Assembly (NCBI GenBank): GCA_020354005.1
Contig: CP070637.1
Location: 1,869,049-1,931,487 of the forward strand
From: Ignavibacterium sp.
GTDB taxonomy: Bacteria > Bacteroidota > Ignavibacteria > Ignavibacteriales > Ignavibacteriaceae
Direction of reading: 5' to 3'
Length of the DNA stretch: 62,439 bases
The notes under the pieces are model-generated. The model saw only the letters and a program-made list of their open reading frames with translations. It had not been told where the DNA came from and did not search any database. Shown piece after piece: positions 9,861 to 20,035 of the stretch. The first letter of the stretch is position 1. Each line of letters opens with the position of its first letter. The translations under genes were made by a program, and so were the position numbers.

Positions 9861-11915
9861 ATGCAAAATACTTTCGACCAATATTTTAATCCAAAATCAA
9901 TTTGTATCATAGGCGCATCATCCAAACCCGGCAGCCTAGGATACGAACTAACAAAATCAGTAAAGCTCTATGGTTACACGGGTGAGCTTTATCTAATAAA
10001 TCCTAAAGCTGAAGATATACTTGGTTATAAATGTTATCCTTCTGTTAAAAAAGTTAAAGATACAATTGATGTTGCGATAGTTATGGTTCCTAAAAAATTT
10101 GTTGAGGCAGCTATAGCAGATGTATTGGATAAGGGAACGAAGGCAGTAATACTGATTACTGCCGGATTTAAAGAAACAGGTAAAGAAGGGGAAGAAGTCG
10201 AAAGAAAGATTTTAAGTATGGTTAAAAATGCCGGGGCACGATTGGTTGGGCCAAATTGTATGGGATTAATCAATACATCAAGTGCAATTAAGATGAACGC
10301 TACCTTTGTTGCCGAAGAACCTGAAATCGGAAAGATGGCATTTTGTTCACAGAGTGGTGCGATAGGAGCCGCCGTGCTTAATTCTTTAAGGGAAACAGAT
10401 ATCCGCTTTTCCCAATTTATTAGTGTTGGTAACAAAGCTGATGTATCCGAGAATGATATTCTGGAATATTGGCTAACCGAAAAAAACACAGATGTTATAA
10501 CCTACTATCTTGAAAGCTTTGAAGATGGTAAAAAATTCATCAAATATTTTATTGATGATGACGTAACTAAACCTGTTATAATTGTAAAAGGCGGCAGGAC
10601 ATCAAGCGGTATCAAAGCTGCATCATCACATACCGGTGCACTTGGAAGCAGCGATAAGGTAGTGGATGCCATAATGCAGCAGTTTGGAATTATCAGGGCG
10701 GAGGATTTGAATGATCTTTTTAACATCGCAAAGGGATTTGAAAACTTTCCACTTCCAACCGGCAGCAGAATTGGTGTAATAACAAACGCCGGCGGTCCTG
10801 CAATTTTAACTGTGGACACTTTAGAAAAAAACGGATTGACTTTAGCAGAGCTTGACGATAGTACAAAAGCAAAACTATCGAACGTTGTTCATCCGGAGGG
10901 TAGTGTTAATAACCCGGTTGATCTGTTGCCTATCGGAACGGCAGAACAGTTTCAAAAAGTAAATGAGATTGTTTTGGCTGATGAAAATGTTGATACGATT
11001 ATTTCTGTTTTTGTTGAACCGATAATGGTAAAAGCTCTCCCGGTAATTGAAGGCATCAATTCTATTAATTCTGCAAAGCCCCTGCTGCAGGTAGTTATGC
11101 CATTACCAGAATTTTGGGATGAGTACCGAAAAGAATCAAAAACAAGAAAGCCGCTTTTCAGATATCCTGAAGATCCTGCTGTTGTTATCGCAGCAATGCT
11201 TAAATACAAAAACAAAACTCAAAATAATGTAAGATTAAAAGAAGGTTCTGCTAAGCAAATAAATATTGCACGAACCGATGGTGAGTTTCTTTCCCAGCAA
11301 GATGTTCAGATAGTAGCGGATGTATATTCATTGCCAATAATTGAAGATAAGCTAATTAATGTTAAGGATATCAAAGCTATAGATGTTGATTATCCTGTTG
11401 TGCTGAAAGCTGTAGGTAAGGAAATAGTCCATAAATCTGATCTGAATGGTGTAGTATTGAATGTGCAAAATAGAGCTGAATTAATTCAATATGCTGATAA
11501 GATGCAGAGTAGTTTTAATAAAAGAAAAATAGTCATCGATAAGTTTTTAATTCAGCCATTTGTAAAACAAAAATTCGAACTTCTTGTGGGCGGATTCAGG
11601 GATCCGAGTTTTGGTCCAATGGTTATTTTCGGATCTGGTGGAAAGTACGTGGAGTATTTAAGTGATACAATTATTCGCTCTGCATTTCTGTCGGATGCTG
11701 ACATTAATAATATGATTCAGTCAACAACAATCGGAAAAATCATACAGGGTGTAAGGGGAGAGAAACCAGTTGATGTGGATAAAGTTAGAACTGTAATAAA
11801 ATCTGTTGCTCAAATGATGATTGACAACGAATTTATTACAGAATGTGATCTGAATCCTTTACTAATAGGGGAGGACAATCAAGTATATGCAGTAGATGTT
11901 CGGATTAAGTGTTGA
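9861..11915 (+). CDS. acetate--CoA ligase (ADP-forming) family protein, fused alpha/beta type
   Basis: 684 aa.
- N-terminal CoA-binding domain: SICIIGASSKPGSLGY.
- Succinyl-CoA-ligase-like segment: GPNCMGLIN...SQSGA, with SSHTGALGS.
- C-terminal ATP-grasp part. Confidence 0.85.
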   Translation: MQNTFDQYFNPKSICIIGASSKPGSLGYELTKSVKLYGYTGELYLINPKAEDILGYKCYPSVKKVKDTIDVAIVMVPKKFVEAAIADVLDKGTKAVILITAGFKETGKEGEEVERKILSMVKNAGARLVGPNCMGLINTSSAIKMNATFVAEEPEIGKMAFCSQSGAIGAAVLNSLRETDIRFSQFISVGNKADVSENDILEYWLTEKNTDVITYYLESFEDGKKFIKYFIDDDVTKPVIIVKGGRTSSGIKAASSHTGALGSSDKVVDAIMQQFGIIRAEDLNDLFNIAKGFENFPLPTGSRIGVITNAGGPAILTVDTLEKNGLTLAELDDSTKAKLSNVVHPEGSVNNPVDLLPIGTAEQFQKVNEIVLADENVDTIISVFVEPIMVKALPVIEGINSINSAKPLLQVVMPLPEFWDEYRKESKTRKPLFRYPEDPAVVIAAMLKYKNKTQNNVRLKEGSAKQINIARTDGEFLSQQDVQIVADVYSLPIIEDKLINVKDIKAIDVDYPVVLKAVGKEIVHKSDLNGVVLNVQNRAELIQYADKMQSSFNKRKIVIDKFLIQPFVKQKFELLVGGFRDPSFGPMVIFGSGGKYVEYLSDTIIRSAFLSDADINNMIQSTTIGKIIQGVRGEKPVDVDKVRTVIKSVAQMMIDNEFITECDLNPLLIGEDNQVYAVDVRIKC

Positions 11916-11925
11916 ATGAATAACT

Positions 11926-12915
11926 CTATAATACACTTAATTTAGTGAGATTCGCTCTTTCACCTATGGCAATCAGTTTATTGCCCTCATCTACAATTGT
12001 GTCGGATTGTGGATTGTATATGAATATTCCCTTCTCTTCGTTTTGAACCGCCACTATTATTATATTCAGTTCGCTTCTTAACGGCAATTCAGCAAGCGTT
12101 TTCTTATGCATTGCAGAACCTTGCTTAACGGTTATCTCCTCTATCTCAAGATCGATTTTCTTATCCCTGGCAACTACATCAATAAAATCCATTACACCGG
12201 GACGGAGGAGAAGTTCTGCCATTCTTACCCCCCCAAGCTCATAAGGTTTTACTACGCGGTCTGCTCCCGCTTTTATCAGTTTTGATTCGGTGTCATACTC
12301 AATAGCTCTGGCAACTACAAAAATATTTGGATTAAGAGACTTAGCCGATAAAGTTGCGAATACATTTTCAGCATCAGATGAAAGGACAGCTACTAAACCT
12401 TTAGCCCTTCCCACCCCTACTCTGCGCAAAGTACTGTCTTTGGTTGCATCTGCACCATCAAATAAGTACCCATACTCTTCAAAATTTTCAAATGATTCAG
12501 TTTTGCTGTCAATTACTACAAAAGGAACATTAGCTTGTTTTAGCTCCTGACAAATATGAGAACCCATTCTTCCAAAACCGCAAACAATATAATGGTCGTG
12601 CAAATCATCAATCTTCTTCTGCATTCTCAACCTCCTGAAAATTTTACTTTCTATCAAAATTTGAATTCCGGTACTGCCAATGTAAATCACTGTGGCAAAA
12701 CTTAGAACTACCAGCACGAGTGTAAAGATCTGGCCCTGCGCGGTTAGGGGATGCACCTCTTCATAGCCGGTTGTTGTAACGGTAATAATTGTCATATAAA
12801 GAGAATCTGAAAAGTTCCATCCCTCAACAAGCATATACCCGAGAGTTCCACCAGATATAACCACAAGCAATGTTAAAGTTGCGTTGCGTAAAAATTTTAC
12901 TCTTCTATCAATCAC
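11926..12915 (-). CDS. 2-TM potassium-channel homologue with RCK (TrkA-N/TrkA-C) gating domains and an atypical pore signature
   Basis: Two TM helices flank the pore segment SLYMTIITVTTTGYEEV. It has a Rossmann-type TrkA-N (IVCGFGRMGSHICQEL) and a TrkA-C-like C-terminus. The architecture resembles MthK/Kch. Confidence 0.8.
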   Translation of the reverse strand: MIDRRVKFLRNATLTLLVVISGGTLGYMLVEGWNFSDSLYMTIITVTTTGYEEVHPLTAQGQIFTLVLVVLSFATVIYIGSTGIQILIESKIFRRLRMQKKIDDLHDHYIVCGFGRMGSHICQELKQANVPFVVIDSKTESFENFEEYGYLFDGADATKDSTLRRVGVGRAKGLVAVLSSDAENVFATLSAKSLNPNIFVVARAIEYDTESKLIKAGADRVVKPYELGGVRMAELLLRPGVMDFIDVVARDKKIDLEIEEITVKQGSAMHKKTLAELPLRSELNIIIVAVQNEEKGIFIYNPQSDTIVDEGNKLIAIGERANLTKLSVL

Positions 12916-13060
12916 AATTGTATATTTGTTTTAACCTTGCTAAGATATAAAACCATTTTAAAAGATTCTCTAAATACCTTGCTTTAGGTAATAACTACTT
13001 TCATTTTTATATTTGCTTACCGGAAGGAGAAACATAGTTTTATAATTAAAGTTTTGTACA

Positions 13061-13603
13061 ATGAAAAAGTTTAAGTCAATAATTTCATTAATTTGCTTGA
13101 CATTCGTCGCAAATGGGTGTCTTTTGTTTCATTCGGTTCAGTATGAAATTACACCCGTTGATGGGAAAACTGGTTCAGCTGTGCTTACAGTTGAAGATAT
13201 AAGGTCCGATGCAATTAATAGTACTGAATTAGATGAGGACAAAAAAAACCTGTTTGATTTTATGTATAAGAGCGATGAGTTCATTAAACAGATGAAGGGT
13301 GAGGGTAAAATTATTAATTCCCGCGAGCTAATTGTTAAAGGCGAAAAGCTTGTTGGCAAAATTGTTTTTGATTATGATGATATCGAAACAGTTGAAGGAA
13401 TCGTTTACGAGGAGCCGTTCTACTATCTTACACTCTCGCCAGCCGATAGTATAATCTCAACCAATGGTGAAGTAATTAGATCCGATATGCACAAAAGAAT
13501 CATCTGGGATAATTCAATAAAAGTATTAAAGTTTAAGATGTTTAGCGACAAGGTTGAAGGACAAAACCTGTTAGGCATGGCACAGTATTATGAAACAGAG
13601 TAG
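13061..13603 (+). CDS. hypothetical lipoprotein
   Basis: 180 aa. It has a signal peptide with a lipobox-like FVANGC. It lies 2 nt upstream of priA. No recognisable family motif. Confidence 0.5.
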   Translation: MKKFKSIISLICLTFVANGCLLFHSVQYEITPVDGKTGSAVLTVEDIRSDAINSTELDEDKKNLFDFMYKSDEFIKQMKGEGKIINSRELIVKGEKLVGKIVFDYDDIETVEGIVYEEPFYYLTLSPADSIISTNGEVIRSDMHKRIIWDNSIKVLKFKMFSDKVEGQNLLGMAQYYETE

Positions 13604-13605
13604 CA

Positions 13606-16071
13606 ATGTATGTTGAAGTCGTATTTCCTCTTCCCTTTAGAAAAGCATTTACATATAAAGTCCCTAGGGAATTAGAATCCAATGCAGTTTTTGGTGTAAG
13701 AGCTATAGCTCCCTTCGGTAGAAGAACACTTACCGGTTTCATTATAAACATATCCGATAGAACTTCTGTAAAAGAAAAGATAAAACCCATTTCAGATATT
13801 CTTGATGAAGCACCAATTATTAATAAAACAAGCCTGAAGTTTTACCAGTGGATTGCAGATTACTATCTGTGTTCACTGGGCGAAGCATTACGTTTAGCCG
13901 TTCCACACGGTTCAGCAGTTGAATCGAAAAGGAAAATTCAAATCGATCCTGATTTTTCTGCGGAGTTATTATCAAAGGAGAAAAACAAATCATCCATCAG
14001 GGCGAAAATCTTAACAGAGTTAACAAAACGAGTTCAGATTAACCAGTCTTACCTTCAAAAATTAGTTGGCAGGAAAAGCATTTATTCACAGCTTCAGACG
14101 TTACAAAAAGAAGGTGCCATTACAATACTGGATGCAATTGAATCCGCAAAGGCAAAACCCAAAATAGTTAAGCACATCAAGTTAAATAAAAAAGTTGGTG
14201 AGATATATGCGATCTTTCCCGAGCTCGAAACAAGATCTCCAAAGCAGGTAAAGATCTTATTAGAACTTATTGCTGCAAAAGGTAAAGAGCTTCCCGTTTC
14301 TAACTTATTACATAAGACGGAGTCGTCAAAATCATCGGTTGATTCTCTTGAGAAAAAAGGCTTGGTAAAAGTAATTGATAAGGAAGTTGAGAGAATTTAC
14401 TCTGAAGTTTATAAAGAAGAGCATAAGGAAATAACATTATCCAATAAACAACAACAAGTAACCGATTCTATTATTGCCCCAATAAAACAGGGAAAGTTTG
14501 AACCTTTTCTTCTTTACGGTGTAACCGGCAGTGGTAAAACACAGGTATATATCGAATTAACAAAGATAGCGCTGAAGAATAAAAAGACTGTTTTAATACT
14601 TGTTCCTGAAATTTCTCTTACTCCGCAAATGACATCGAGGATGATAAATAATTTTGGAGATACTGTAACTGTAGTTCACAGCCGTATGTCTGCCGGCGAA
14701 AGATATGATGCGTGGAAGAGAGTATTAAAAAATAAATCTAAAGTTGTTATCGGAGCACGCTCGGCATTATTTGCCCCGCTTAAAAACATCGGTTTAATTG
14801 TTGTAGATGAAGAGCACGACTCAAGCTACAAGCAAAGCGATTCGATACCAAAATATAATGGAAGAGATGCTGCAGTGTACTTGGGGAGTTTGTATAAATG
14901 CCCCGTATTGTTGGGATCGGCAACGCCTTCTATCGAAAGTATGTACAATGCTAAATCCGGTAAATATAAATTATTGCAGCTACCGGATAGGATTGATGAT
15001 GCCAAGTTGCCAAAGATCTCTTTGGTAAACGTTCAAGCTGAACGTAAAAAGAAGAAGATGGAGAACATCTTCTCAAAAACTTTATTAGACAAGATTGAAG
15101 ACCGTTTAAGAAAAGATGAAGGTGTAATAATTCTTCAAAATCGGAGAGGATTCTCAACTCAGATTTTTTGTGACGACTGTGGCGAAGTTGAAACCTGTGA
15201 TAATTGTTCCGTGCCAATGGTTTTTCATATAAATAAGAACCTGCTTCAATGTCATTACTGCGGTTTGATTAAAGATGTGCCCGGTGCTTGCACACATTGC
15301 GGTTCTTTGGGAATAAAGTATTTTGGAACCGGCACTGAGCGGGTGGAAGATGAGCTTGAGTTTTATTTTCGGAGAGCTAAAATATCACGAGTGGATTCGG
15401 ATTCAATTTCCCGCAAAGCAGTTTTAAGTAAAATTCTTCTTTCATTTAGTAAAGGTGATATTGATATACTTGTTGGTACCCAGATGGTTTCCAAGGGTCT
15501 GGATTTTTCGAGAGTTACGTTAGTTGGAGTGATTTCTGCTGAGACTACTTTATGGCTGCCGGATTTCAGAGCGGATGAACGAACCTTTCAATTGCTCACA
15601 CAAGTTTCCGGCAGATCAGGTAGAAGTAAAACACCAGGTGAGGTAATTATCCAAACACACAATGAAAAACATTTTGCTTTGCAGATGGTATTGAAGAACG
15701 ACTACTTTGGATTTTATCACAAGGAAGTTGCTGACCGGAAAAAATTAGGTTACCCACCGTTTACAAGACTTGCACTCATTGAAGCAAAGGACCACTCCGA
15801 AAAGAAAGCAAGGGGGGCTATTCAAGACTATCACAGCCAGTTGATGAGATACAAAAAATGGCTGCAAATTTCTGAACCAGCATACGCCGTTATTGCAAGA
15901 ATAAAAGGGAATTATAGGTTTCACATTCTTATAAAGAGCAGCAAAGAAGCAGATCCTGGAGGAGGTATTTTACATAAAGCAATACTTGATTCATTTATGG
16001 AATTTAACAGGAGTTCAAGATATAAAGAAGTAAATCTTTTTTACGATGTCGATCCCCAGAGTATAATGTAG
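13606..16071 (+). CDS. priA: primosomal protein N' (replication restart helicase PriA)
   Basis: 821 aa.
- Walker A: GVTGSGKT.
- DEEH box: VVDEEHD.
- Cys-rich zinc-binding insertion: CDDCGEVETCDNCSVPMVFH...CHYCG...CTHCGS.
- PriA-type N-terminus: VEVVFPLP. Confidence 0.95.
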   Translation: MYVEVVFPLPFRKAFTYKVPRELESNAVFGVRAIAPFGRRTLTGFIINISDRTSVKEKIKPISDILDEAPIINKTSLKFYQWIADYYLCSLGEALRLAVPHGSAVESKRKIQIDPDFSAELLSKEKNKSSIRAKILTELTKRVQINQSYLQKLVGRKSIYSQLQTLQKEGAITILDAIESAKAKPKIVKHIKLNKKVGEIYAIFPELETRSPKQVKILLELIAAKGKELPVSNLLHKTESSKSSVDSLEKKGLVKVIDKEVERIYSEVYKEEHKEITLSNKQQQVTDSIIAPIKQGKFEPFLLYGVTGSGKTQVYIELTKIALKNKKTVLILVPEISLTPQMTSRMINNFGDTVTVVHSRMSAGERYDAWKRVLKNKSKVVIGARSALFAPLKNIGLIVVDEEHDSSYKQSDSIPKYNGRDAAVYLGSLYKCPVLLGSATPSIESMYNAKSGKYKLLQLPDRIDDAKLPKISLVNVQAERKKKKMENIFSKTLLDKIEDRLRKDEGVIILQNRRGFSTQIFCDDCGEVETCDNCSVPMVFHINKNLLQCHYCGLIKDVPGACTHCGSLGIKYFGTGTERVEDELEFYFRRAKISRVDSDSISRKAVLSKILLSFSKGDIDILVGTQMVSKGLDFSRVTLVGVISAETTLWLPDFRADERTFQLLTQVSGRSGRSKTPGEVIIQTHNEKHFALQMVLKNDYFGFYHKEVADRKKLGYPPFTRLALIEAKDHSEKKARGAIQDYHSQLMRYKKWLQISEPAYAVIARIKGNYRFHILIKSSKEADPGGGILHKAILDSFMEFNRSSRYKEVNLFYDVDPQSIM

Positions 16072-16178
16072 AGAGCTGTGATTACAATTGTAGAGAGCTT
16101 CAACTTGCAACACTCGATTACCAAAAAATAATAAAAAGCGTGTAGCTTAAATAATGAGTGCTGAAAATAGAAACTTTA

Positions 16179-16207
16179 GTGAGACTCACAATTAATGTGA
16201 GTCTCAC
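16179..16207. terminator. perfect 11-bp inverted repeat between the convergent priA and Yip1-like genes (putative bidirectional terminator)
   Basis: The sequence is gtgagactcac aattaat gtgagtctcac. There is no strong T tract on either side, so termination is inferred from position only. Confidence 0.45.
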
Positions 16208-16214
16208 ATATAAC

Positions 16215-17051
16215 TTAAGCTATAAAAAACTGGAGAAACGGAACTACTGTTGCAAGTAAGTAGAATATAACATCAATTATTATCCATACACAAAATACCA
16301 TTACAATATATTTAGTACTGGAAGAAGCCTTAAACATTTTTGATAACCCAATACCAATTACAATAAAAGCCCAAATTGAAAAAACATCAAGTTTACCTAA
16401 TATAAATCCCACAACTGATAATTTTTCTGCCTGAATTAATGTTGCAATATTTACATCGTTAAGTAGTCTGCTAAAAGCTAAAGATAAAACTGCTGCTATA
16501 ATAACGTGTATCATTCCGATGTAGGCAGCTAATCCGTTAGCAACGAGTGCAGACGCATATGTTCCCTCCCCTTTCAATGCAAGTTTTGAGAGCATTAAAT
16601 GAATAGCTGCAATAATTAAGAAGATGATGAATCCAACAACAAAAATGCTGACGGTTTGAATTACCAATCTAACCGGACTGGTACTTTGGTCCATCTGTTC
16701 GATTATTGCATCCATTTGCTGGTCTGCCTGTTGCTGTGTTATCTGTCCGTTTTTTACAGCTTCATCCAACTGTTCCTGAACCTTCGCAGCTTGCTTCTGC
16801 TTTGCCTGAAATGCAATCTCGCTGTTTTGCATCAAAATAATTTGTGTAATAGCAACAAGTGCAAGTAAAATTACAAGCGGTAATACCCAATCTTTCGTTC
16901 TCGGTGGGAACTTTGATACATTATCAAATGTTTTACCCGGTTCAGTAAATACACCAATCATTTTATCTGAATGACTGAGTTCTTCCTGAGATTCTTCCTG
17001 TTCGCTGTTATTTAATTGCTCGTTGTTTTCAGTGGTATCTGAATTGTCCAT
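16215..17051 (-). CDS. Yip1-domain family membrane protein
   Basis: 278 aa. It has an acidic N-terminus, then 5 predicted TM helices with a Gln-rich coiled insert (QKQAAKVQEQLDEAVKNGQITQQQADQQMD). The layout is typical of bacterial Yip1/DUF1282 proteins. Confidence 0.65.
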   Translation of the reverse strand: MDNSDTTENNEQLNNSEQEESQEELSHSDKMIGVFTEPGKTFDNVSKFPPRTKDWVLPLVILLALVAITQIILMQNSEIAFQAKQKQAAKVQEQLDEAVKNGQITQQQADQQMDAIIEQMDQSTSPVRLVIQTVSIFVVGFIIFLIIAAIHLMLSKLALKGEGTYASALVANGLAAYIGMIHVIIAAVLSLAFSRLLNDVNIATLIQAEKLSVVGFILGKLDVFSIWAFIVIGIGLSKMFKASSSTKYIVMVFCVWIIIDVIFYLLATVVPFLQFFIA

Positions 17052-17242
17052 AAGTACCCTCCTGTAAAGAATTTTGTGATAGATAACAAAAAGTTATTCA
17101 TAGTTAATTCAAAAGGCAATTAAAATCTTATTATTGGTAAAAATATAACTTTGATGGTTCGATGTTAAGAAAGTCATATATCATTTATTAAATTTGAATA
17201 ACAATTTATTGATACAATTTTTTATCAAACCGGAATGAGATA

Positions 17243-18622
17243 ATGAAACCTAAAACAATCATAGAACCATTTAAAATAAAATCTGTGGAACCAATAAGGT
17301 TCACCACACGCGATGAACGTGAAAAATTATTGAAAGATGCTGGTTACAATCCTTTTAAGCTGCATGCAGATGATGTGCTAATAGATTTACTAACAGATAG
17401 CGGTACTTCTGCTATGAGTGCAAAGCAATGGGCAGGTGTGATGGAGGGTGATGAATCATATGCAGGTTCAAAAAGCTTTTACAAGTTTGAAAGTGCTGTA
17501 AATAAAGTAACACATATGAAGTATATCATTCCAACTCACCAAGGAAGAGCTGCAGAAAAAATTCTTTTCTCGATTGTGGGTGGGCCGGGAAAATATTTTC
17601 CGAACAACACTCACTTTGATACCACTCGTGCAAATATTGAATTCTCCGGTTCCGTTGCAGAAGATATATTAACAGAGGTAGGAATGCACCCTGAAGAGCG
17701 CGCAGATTTTAAAGGAAATATGGATATTGGAAAACTCAAAGCATTTATAAAAGAAAAGGGTGCTAAAAATATTCCGCTTTGTATGTTAACTGTAACTAAT
17801 AATTCCGGTGGAGGCCAACCTGTGTCGATGCAGAACATTCGTGATGTAAAGGAAGTTTGTAAGAAGTATAGTATTCCTTTATTTCTTGATGCCTGCCGCT
17901 TTGCAGAGAATGCATACTTCATAAAGAAGCGTGAACCGGGTTATGAAAATAAATCAGCATTGGAGATTGCACAGGAAATGTTTTCCTATGCGGATGGCGC
18001 AACGATGAGTGCAAAGAAAGACGCGCTGGTTAACATAGGTGGTTTCCTTGCAATGAATGATGAACAGCTGGCAATGCAGTGCAGGAATCTTCTAATTGTA
18101 ACTGAAGGCTTTCCAACTTATGGCGGATTATCCGGTCGTGATCTGGAAGCGGTTGCACAGGGATTGGAAGAGGTGGTTGATGAACATTATCTTGAATACA
18201 GAATAAAAAGTGTAGAGTACCTTGGCAATAAATTAATTGATGCCGGTGTGCCGATCATCGAACCGCCCGGAGGGCATGCAATTTACATTGATGCAAAAAG
18301 ATTTCTTCCGGATATACCACCCGAACGATATCCGGGCCAATCAATTGTTTGTGAATTGTATATGGAAGGCGGTATTCGCGCAGTAGAGATTGGCAGTGTA
18401 ATGTTTGGTAAGTATGATGAAAATGGAAAACTAATTCCCGCAATGATGGAGCTTGTAAGAATGGCAATTCCAAGAAGAGTATATACACAGAGTCACGTTG
18501 ATTATCTTATTGAAATAGTCCTTGAGGTCTATAACAATCGTATTAAACTTAAGGATTACGAAATCACTTATGAAGCACCGATGCTAAGACATTTCACTGC
18601 TGAGTTTAAACCAATTGCTTAA
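17243..18622 (+). CDS. tnaA: tryptophanase-like beta-eliminating lyase (PLP-dependent)
   Basis: 459 aa. It is collinear with TnaA/TPL: EPFKIKSVEP, IDLLTDSGTSAMS, PTHQGRAAE, GGQPVSM. Three motifs match TnaA rather than tyrosine phenol-lyase at the positions I recall: RFAENAYFIK, the PLP-Lys motif SAKKDALVNIGG, and EGFPTYGGLSGRD. Substrate specificity is not proven. Confidence 0.8.
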   Translation: MKPKTIIEPFKIKSVEPIRFTTRDEREKLLKDAGYNPFKLHADDVLIDLLTDSGTSAMSAKQWAGVMEGDESYAGSKSFYKFESAVNKVTHMKYIIPTHQGRAAEKILFSIVGGPGKYFPNNTHFDTTRANIEFSGSVAEDILTEVGMHPEERADFKGNMDIGKLKAFIKEKGAKNIPLCMLTVTNNSGGGQPVSMQNIRDVKEVCKKYSIPLFLDACRFAENAYFIKKREPGYENKSALEIAQEMFSYADGATMSAKKDALVNIGGFLAMNDEQLAMQCRNLLIVTEGFPTYGGLSGRDLEAVAQGLEEVVDEHYLEYRIKSVEYLGNKLIDAGVPIIEPPGGHAIYIDAKRFLPDIPPERYPGQSIVCELYMEGGIRAVEIGSVMFGKYDENGKLIPAMMELVRMAIPRRVYTQSHVDYLIEIVLEVYNNRIKLKDYEITYEAPMLRHFTAEFKPIA

Positions 18623-18625
18623 TGA

Positions 18626-19453
18626 ATGAAAATCAAAAAGAAATATGTTCATAACAATAACCGGCAAATCTTCAGGATATTGCCATCCAATAACGATAAA
18701 CTTGTAATTGAAGAAAGGAACATCGAAAAGAAACAGGCATACTTCAACTGCCTGAATATTGTTAACGGAAAAAAGTTTTTTAAAAACCTTCAACTTGATG
18801 AGAAATTCTGGATTGGTATAGAAACCGTTCACAATGATGTAATCCTGTTTCATAAATTCAGAAAACCGGATATGCCGCAGCATCTTGGTGTACTTGCCTT
18901 CGATATTAATAAAAAGAAAATAATTTGGGAGAATGCTGAGCATACATTTTTATTTGTTAAGGATGGAAAGGTCTTTACCTTTCAGCAGTTGTTCGAACAG
19001 CGAGAATACTTTACCTTAAATGTAAATAGCGGGGAGGTTGTTGATAAATTAGGCACTGATTTTAACTCTATAAATGTACTGCGCGAGGAAGTCAGTGCAT
19101 CTGAAGATTTTAGCAGCTATCACTTTCCAATTACTTTTGTTAATCAGAGTGATTTAGACCAGCAAGTTGTTGATGCGATGCAGAAAGTAAAAGAAAAAAA
19201 TGTAATTACAGGTAAAATCGAATATGTATTGAAAGAAGAGCTTCTAATGTTTAATTTTCATAAAATTGAGCAGGATAATTCTCTGAATAATTCGTTTAAG
19301 GCTGTTGACTTAACGAATGGAAATTATATATTAGAAAGAGTGTTAAACGTCCGTACTAATGCTTTTGTGCCGGATTCATTTTTTTTGAAGGACAACATGT
19401 TATTTTTGTTGATTGAAAAAACAAAGCTGGAGGTGTACACAATTATAAACTGA
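18626..19453 (+). CDS. hypothetical protein (DUF4905-like by recollection)
   Basis: 275 aa with no signal peptide. The N-terminal pattern is FRILPSNNDKLVIEERN...DEKFWIGIE...ILFHKFRKPDMPQH. The ATG lies 3 nt after the tnaA stop. Confidence 0.5.
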   Translation: MKIKKKYVHNNNRQIFRILPSNNDKLVIEERNIEKKQAYFNCLNIVNGKKFFKNLQLDEKFWIGIETVHNDVILFHKFRKPDMPQHLGVLAFDINKKKIIWENAEHTFLFVKDGKVFTFQQLFEQREYFTLNVNSGEVVDKLGTDFNSINVLREEVSASEDFSSYHFPITFVNQSDLDQQVVDAMQKVKEKNVITGKIEYVLKEELLMFNFHKIEQDNSLNNSFKAVDLTNGNYILERVLNVRTNAFVPDSFFLKDNMLFLLIEKTKLEVYTIIN

Positions 19454-19456
19454 TTA

Positions 19457-20035
19457 ATGGGAGTTATTATGGAACTGACCAACGATGAAAAAGAACTGTT
19501 ACTTAATTCTGCAAGGCAATCGATAGCTGCAGCATTTGAGAAATCCTCAAAACCGGAAATTGATTATACTGCTTACCCTGTGCTTAAACAAATTACAGGT
19601 GCCTTTGTTACGCTAAAGATAAACCACGAACTGCGTGGTTGTATAGGTTATGTGATTGCGCAGGTACCTTTATTTGAAACTGTCTGTGAAGCTGCTCAGG
19701 CTGCTGCATTTCAGGATCCCCGTTTTAATCCTCTTTCGGTTAATGAGTTTGATAAAGTTGAAATTGAAATATCGGTTTTGACTCCATTCGAACCAATCTC
19801 GAGTTATGATGAAATTGAAGTTGGTAAACACGGATTACTTTTGGATGAAGGTGGAAGAGCCGTACTATTACCACAGGTAGCAAGTGAAAATAATTTTGAC
19901 CGTGCACAATTTTTAACTGCACTTTGTCATAAGGCAGGATTATATGGCGAATATTGGAAGGAGAGAATGTTAAAAATAAAAGTATTTACTGCAACTGTTT
20001 TTTCGGAAAAAATAAAGGAGGAAAGTGATGGATAA
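19457..20035 (+). CDS. AMMECR1-domain protein (AmmeMemoRadiSam system protein A)
   Basis: 192 aa containing GAFVTLKINHELRGCIGY and DPRF.PL, the hallmark AMMECR1 motifs. Confidence 0.85.
   Translation: MGVIMELTNDEKELLLNSARQSIAAAFEKSSKPEIDYTAYPVLKQITGAFVTLKINHELRGCIGYVIAQVPLFETVCEAAQAAAFQDPRFNPLSVNEFDKVEIEISVLTPFEPISSYDEIEVGKHGLLLDEGGRAVLLPQVASENNFDRAQFLTALCHKAGLYGEYWKERMLKIKVFTATVFSEKIKEESDG

Noticed and set aside
10034-11215. Minus-strand ORFs 10034..10489, 10505..10819 and 10952..11215.
   Set aside because: They are antisense to the ADP-forming acetyl-CoA synthetase gene, whose frame carries the conserved CoA-ligase motifs.
18584-18943. Minus-strand 119-aa ORF spanning the tnaA end and the start of the next gene.
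   Set aside because: It overlaps two well-supported co-directional plus-strand genes and has no motifs.
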